The notes under the pieces: generated by a model | What the model was told of the DNA's origin: nothing | What the model saw: the letters and a program-made list of their open reading frames with translations, nothing else | Databases searched by the model: none | Shown here: positions 61,121 to 64,000 of the stretch, piece by piece | Numbering within the stretch: position 1 is the first letter of the stretch | Layout of the letters: the number at the start of each line of letters is the position of its first letter | Program-made: the position numbers and the translations under genes | Origin: the human T2T-CHM13v2.0 reference genome, Homo sapiens | DNA length: 64,000 nt | NCBI RefSeq assembly: GCF_009914755.1 | Contig: NC_060926.1 | Strand: one strand, 5' to 3'

Positions 61121-61920
61121 GGTGGGATCAGTATGGTCAGATCTTGAGTTTTTCAAAATAAACAGTAACCACGGCTCATATATAAAAATCTCCCAATTGT
61201 TAAATGTTGGCAACAAATTCATATACCTTAAAACATTTTTTGGTAGAAAAAAATACAACTTTGGGACTAACTTGAATCCTGGGCTGCCTGATTGTCATTC
61301 TCTTTTAAATTTTCATTAGGGTTTCACTTTAATTCAGTGTTCCAACTTCATGGTACCAGTGAAAAGTATAATGTCTACAATCCAGTACAATATACTTGGC
61401 TGATAGGAGTGGAAAATGATTTTGCTGTTAATGTAAATGTGGCATTAAGGATTGTATTTTTGACTTTGAGAAAAAAAAATGTTCATCCTACTAACTTTTG
61501 TCTTCAAGTCCTCCTCTGAAGGAAAGGCCTACTGTGAAGCTGGGGAAACTGCCCACCAAACATGTTTGGGGACGTGGATTCTCACAGTGTGAGAGTACAC
61601 CCTGTCAGTCAAGGGAGTCTTTTGTTAGTCTCTTCCTCAAGGTAGAGACTGTTATGCCACAGGATATGCTTCAACATTCAATCTGGTGCCACACTACCTG
61701 GGAAGTCCTTAAACAATGAGAGTGTGAAAGTAGCAGGGCTTGGCCATTTCTGTCCTAGGTAGGACACTTTTCAGACACAGTGTGCTTCTACTACCAATTT
61801 CTACTTTCCCTATCCTCCTGTCCTTCACAGACATCAGATCAACATCGAATTTTTAAAGTTTTCTCAGACCAACTTTTATCTTTCACTGATAAGTCTCTTG
61901 CATTCTTAACTTTATCTTAG

Positions 61921-63629
61921 TTAGAGGTGACAGCGTGCTGGCAGTCCTCAGAGCCCTCGCTTGCTCTCGGCACCTCCTCTGCCTGGGCTCCCACTTTGGC
62001 GGCATTTGAGGAGCACTTCAGCCCACCACTGCACTGTGGGAGCCCCTTTCTGGGCTGGCCAAGGCTGGAGCCCACTCCCTCAGCTTGCAGGGAGGTGCGG
62101 AAGGAGAGGCGCGAGCGGGACCCGGGGCTGCGTGCAGCGCTTGCGGGCCAGCTGGAGTTCTGGGTGGGTGTGAGCTTGGCGGGCCCCGCACACTCAGAGC
62201 AGCCGGCCAGCCCTGCTGGCCCCGGGCAATGAGGGACTTAGCACCCGGGCCAGTGGCTGCGGAGGGTATACTGGGTCCCCCAGCAGTGCCAGCCCGCCGG
62301 CGCTGTGCTCGATTTCTCACCGAGCCTTAGCTGCCTTCCCGCGGGGCAGGGCTCGGGACCTGCAGCCCGCCATGCCTGAGCCTCCCACCCACTCCATGGG
62401 CTCCTGTGCGGCCCCAGCCTTCCCGACGAGCACCACCCCCTGCTCCACAGCGCCCAGTCCCATCGACCACCCAAGGGCTGAGGAGTGCAAGCGCACGGCG
62501 CGGGACTAGCAGGCAGCTCCACCTGCAGCCCCAGTGTGGGATCCACTAGGTGAAGCCAGCTGGGCTCCTGAGTCTGGTGGGGATGTGGAGAGTCTTTATG
62601 TCTAGCCCAGGGATTGTAAATACACCAATCAGCACCCTGTGTTTAGCTCAAGGTTTGTGAGTGCACCAATCGACACTCTGTATCTATCTGCTCTGATAGG
62701 GCCTTGGAGAACCTTTATGTCTAGCTCAGGGATTGTAAATACACCAATTGGCACTCTGTATCTAGCTCAAAGTTTGTAAACACACCAGTCAGCACCCTGT
62801 GTTTAGCTCAAGGTTTGTGCGTGCACCAATCGACACTCTGTATCTAGCTGCTCTGGTGGGGCCTTGGAGAACCTTTATGTCTAGCTCAGGGATTGTAAAT
62901 ACACCAATCGGCACTCTGTATCTAGCTCAAGGTTTGTAAACACACCAATCAGCACCCTGTGTTTAGCACAAGGTTTGTGAGTGCACCAATCGACACTCTG
63001 TATCTAGCTGCTCTGGTGGGGCCTTGGAGAACCTGTGTGTCAAAACTCTGTATCTAACTAATCTGATGGGGACGTGGAGAACCTTTGTATCTAGCTCAGG
63101 GATTGTAAACGCACCAATCAGCACCCTGTCAAAACAGGCCACTCGGCTCTACCAATCAGCAGGATGTGGGTGGGGCCAGATAAGAGAATAAAAGCAGGCT
63201 GCCCCAGCCAGCAGTGGCAACCTGCTCGGGTCCTCTTCCACAGTGTGGAAGCTTTGTTTTTTTGCTCTTTGCAATAAATCTTGCTACTGCTCACTCTGGG
63301 TCCACGCTGCTTTTATGAGCTGTAACACTCACTGCGAAGATCTGCAGCTTCACTCCTGAGCCCAGCGAGACCACGAGCCCACCGGGAGGAACAAACAACT
63401 CCAGACGCTCTGCCTTAAGAGCTGTAACACTCACCGCGAAGGTCTGCAGCTTCACTCCTGAGCCAGCGAGACCACGAACCCACCAGAAGGAAAAAACTCT
63501 GAACACATCTGAACATCAGAAGGAACAAACTCCAGACGCGCCACCTTAAGAGCTGTAACACTCACCGCGAGGGTCCGCGGCTTCATTCTTGAAGTCAGTG
63601 AGATCAAGAACCCACCAATTCCGGACACA
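61921..63629 (+). mobile_element. LTR12C (ERV9) solo LTR, full length
   Basis: Starts t(t)agaggtgacagcgtgctggcagtcctc, ends ccaattccggacaca; GC-rich U3, ~40-bp tandem subunits, U5 repeats; 4-bp TSD ttag at 61917-61920 / 63630-63633. Confidence 0.97.
62590..63200 (+). promoter_or_regulatory. ERV9 U3 enhancer/promoter array with CCAAT (NF-Y) and GATA motifs and an AATAAAA TATA-like box
   Basis: Nine CCAAT boxes counted between 62625 and 63156; many TATCT; agataagagaataaaa at ~63178-63193. Confidence 0.8.
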
Positions 63630-64000
63630 TTAGCAGCTTTTTTCGCAGGAGATTCAAACTGGCATAACCTTTAAAACAAGTATCAATAAAACTACTAAAA
63701 AAGATCAGTAATGAACAAAAACTCTTCCTGCCCATATAAATGGCCTTCGCCTTTTTCACAACCTTTTCTTCTGAGGGGAAAAAAAAGTGAAAATAAGAAA
63801 GGAGAAATAAAATTATTTATTTAAGTGGATAAATCTGATTCATCTAACCCTGTAATAGGAAGGATTTTAACAAGGCATGAGGGAACACGATCTACTGGAT
63901 ACTTCACAGTCTTATTTTTCAAAGACTTAATTTCTTTCTGTCACTGTCAGTTTTCATTGAACAACGCATGATAATTTTCTTTGGCAATTACTCCCTGCCT

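Noticed and set aside
61927-62546. Overlapping GC-rich ORFs and a CpG island as a host gene start
   Set aside because: They lie entirely within LTR12C U3, where high GC suppresses stop codons.
62590-63600. Regular tandem repeats resembling a CRISPR-like array
   Set aside because: These are the known ERV9/LTR12 U3 subunits and U5 repeats; there are no unique spacers and no cas genes.

Overview
Repeat-rich, apparently gene-free stretch of a hominid (human-like) genome, intergenic or deep intronic. I see no host exons, RNA genes or prokaryote-type systems. All long ORFs are broken LINE-1 ORF2 pieces or chance frames in Alu/LTR sequence. Contents: three primate L1PA insertions (one L1PA2-like with a twin-priming inversion and TSD), many old L1M/L2/MIR/HAL1 fossils, about 12 Alu/FLAM copies, THE1/MLT1/LTR33 LTRs, an LTR1-family solo LTR, an unassigned ERV1-type solo LTR, an ERVL integrase relic, DNA transposons (MER85, MER2, MER44A) and a full LTR12C solo LTR. 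The structure that repeat annotation does not explain is a set of short locally templated copies. These are 50-240 bp segments copied from donors 0.5-1.6 kb away, in direct or inverted orientation, without transposition hallmarks, and at very different ages. There are also two tiny fold-back events and a trimeric Alu chimera inside one TSD. These look like fossil repair or template-switch events rather than a new gene system. Subfamily names come from my memory of consensus sequences and need RepeatMasker/Dfam confirmation.
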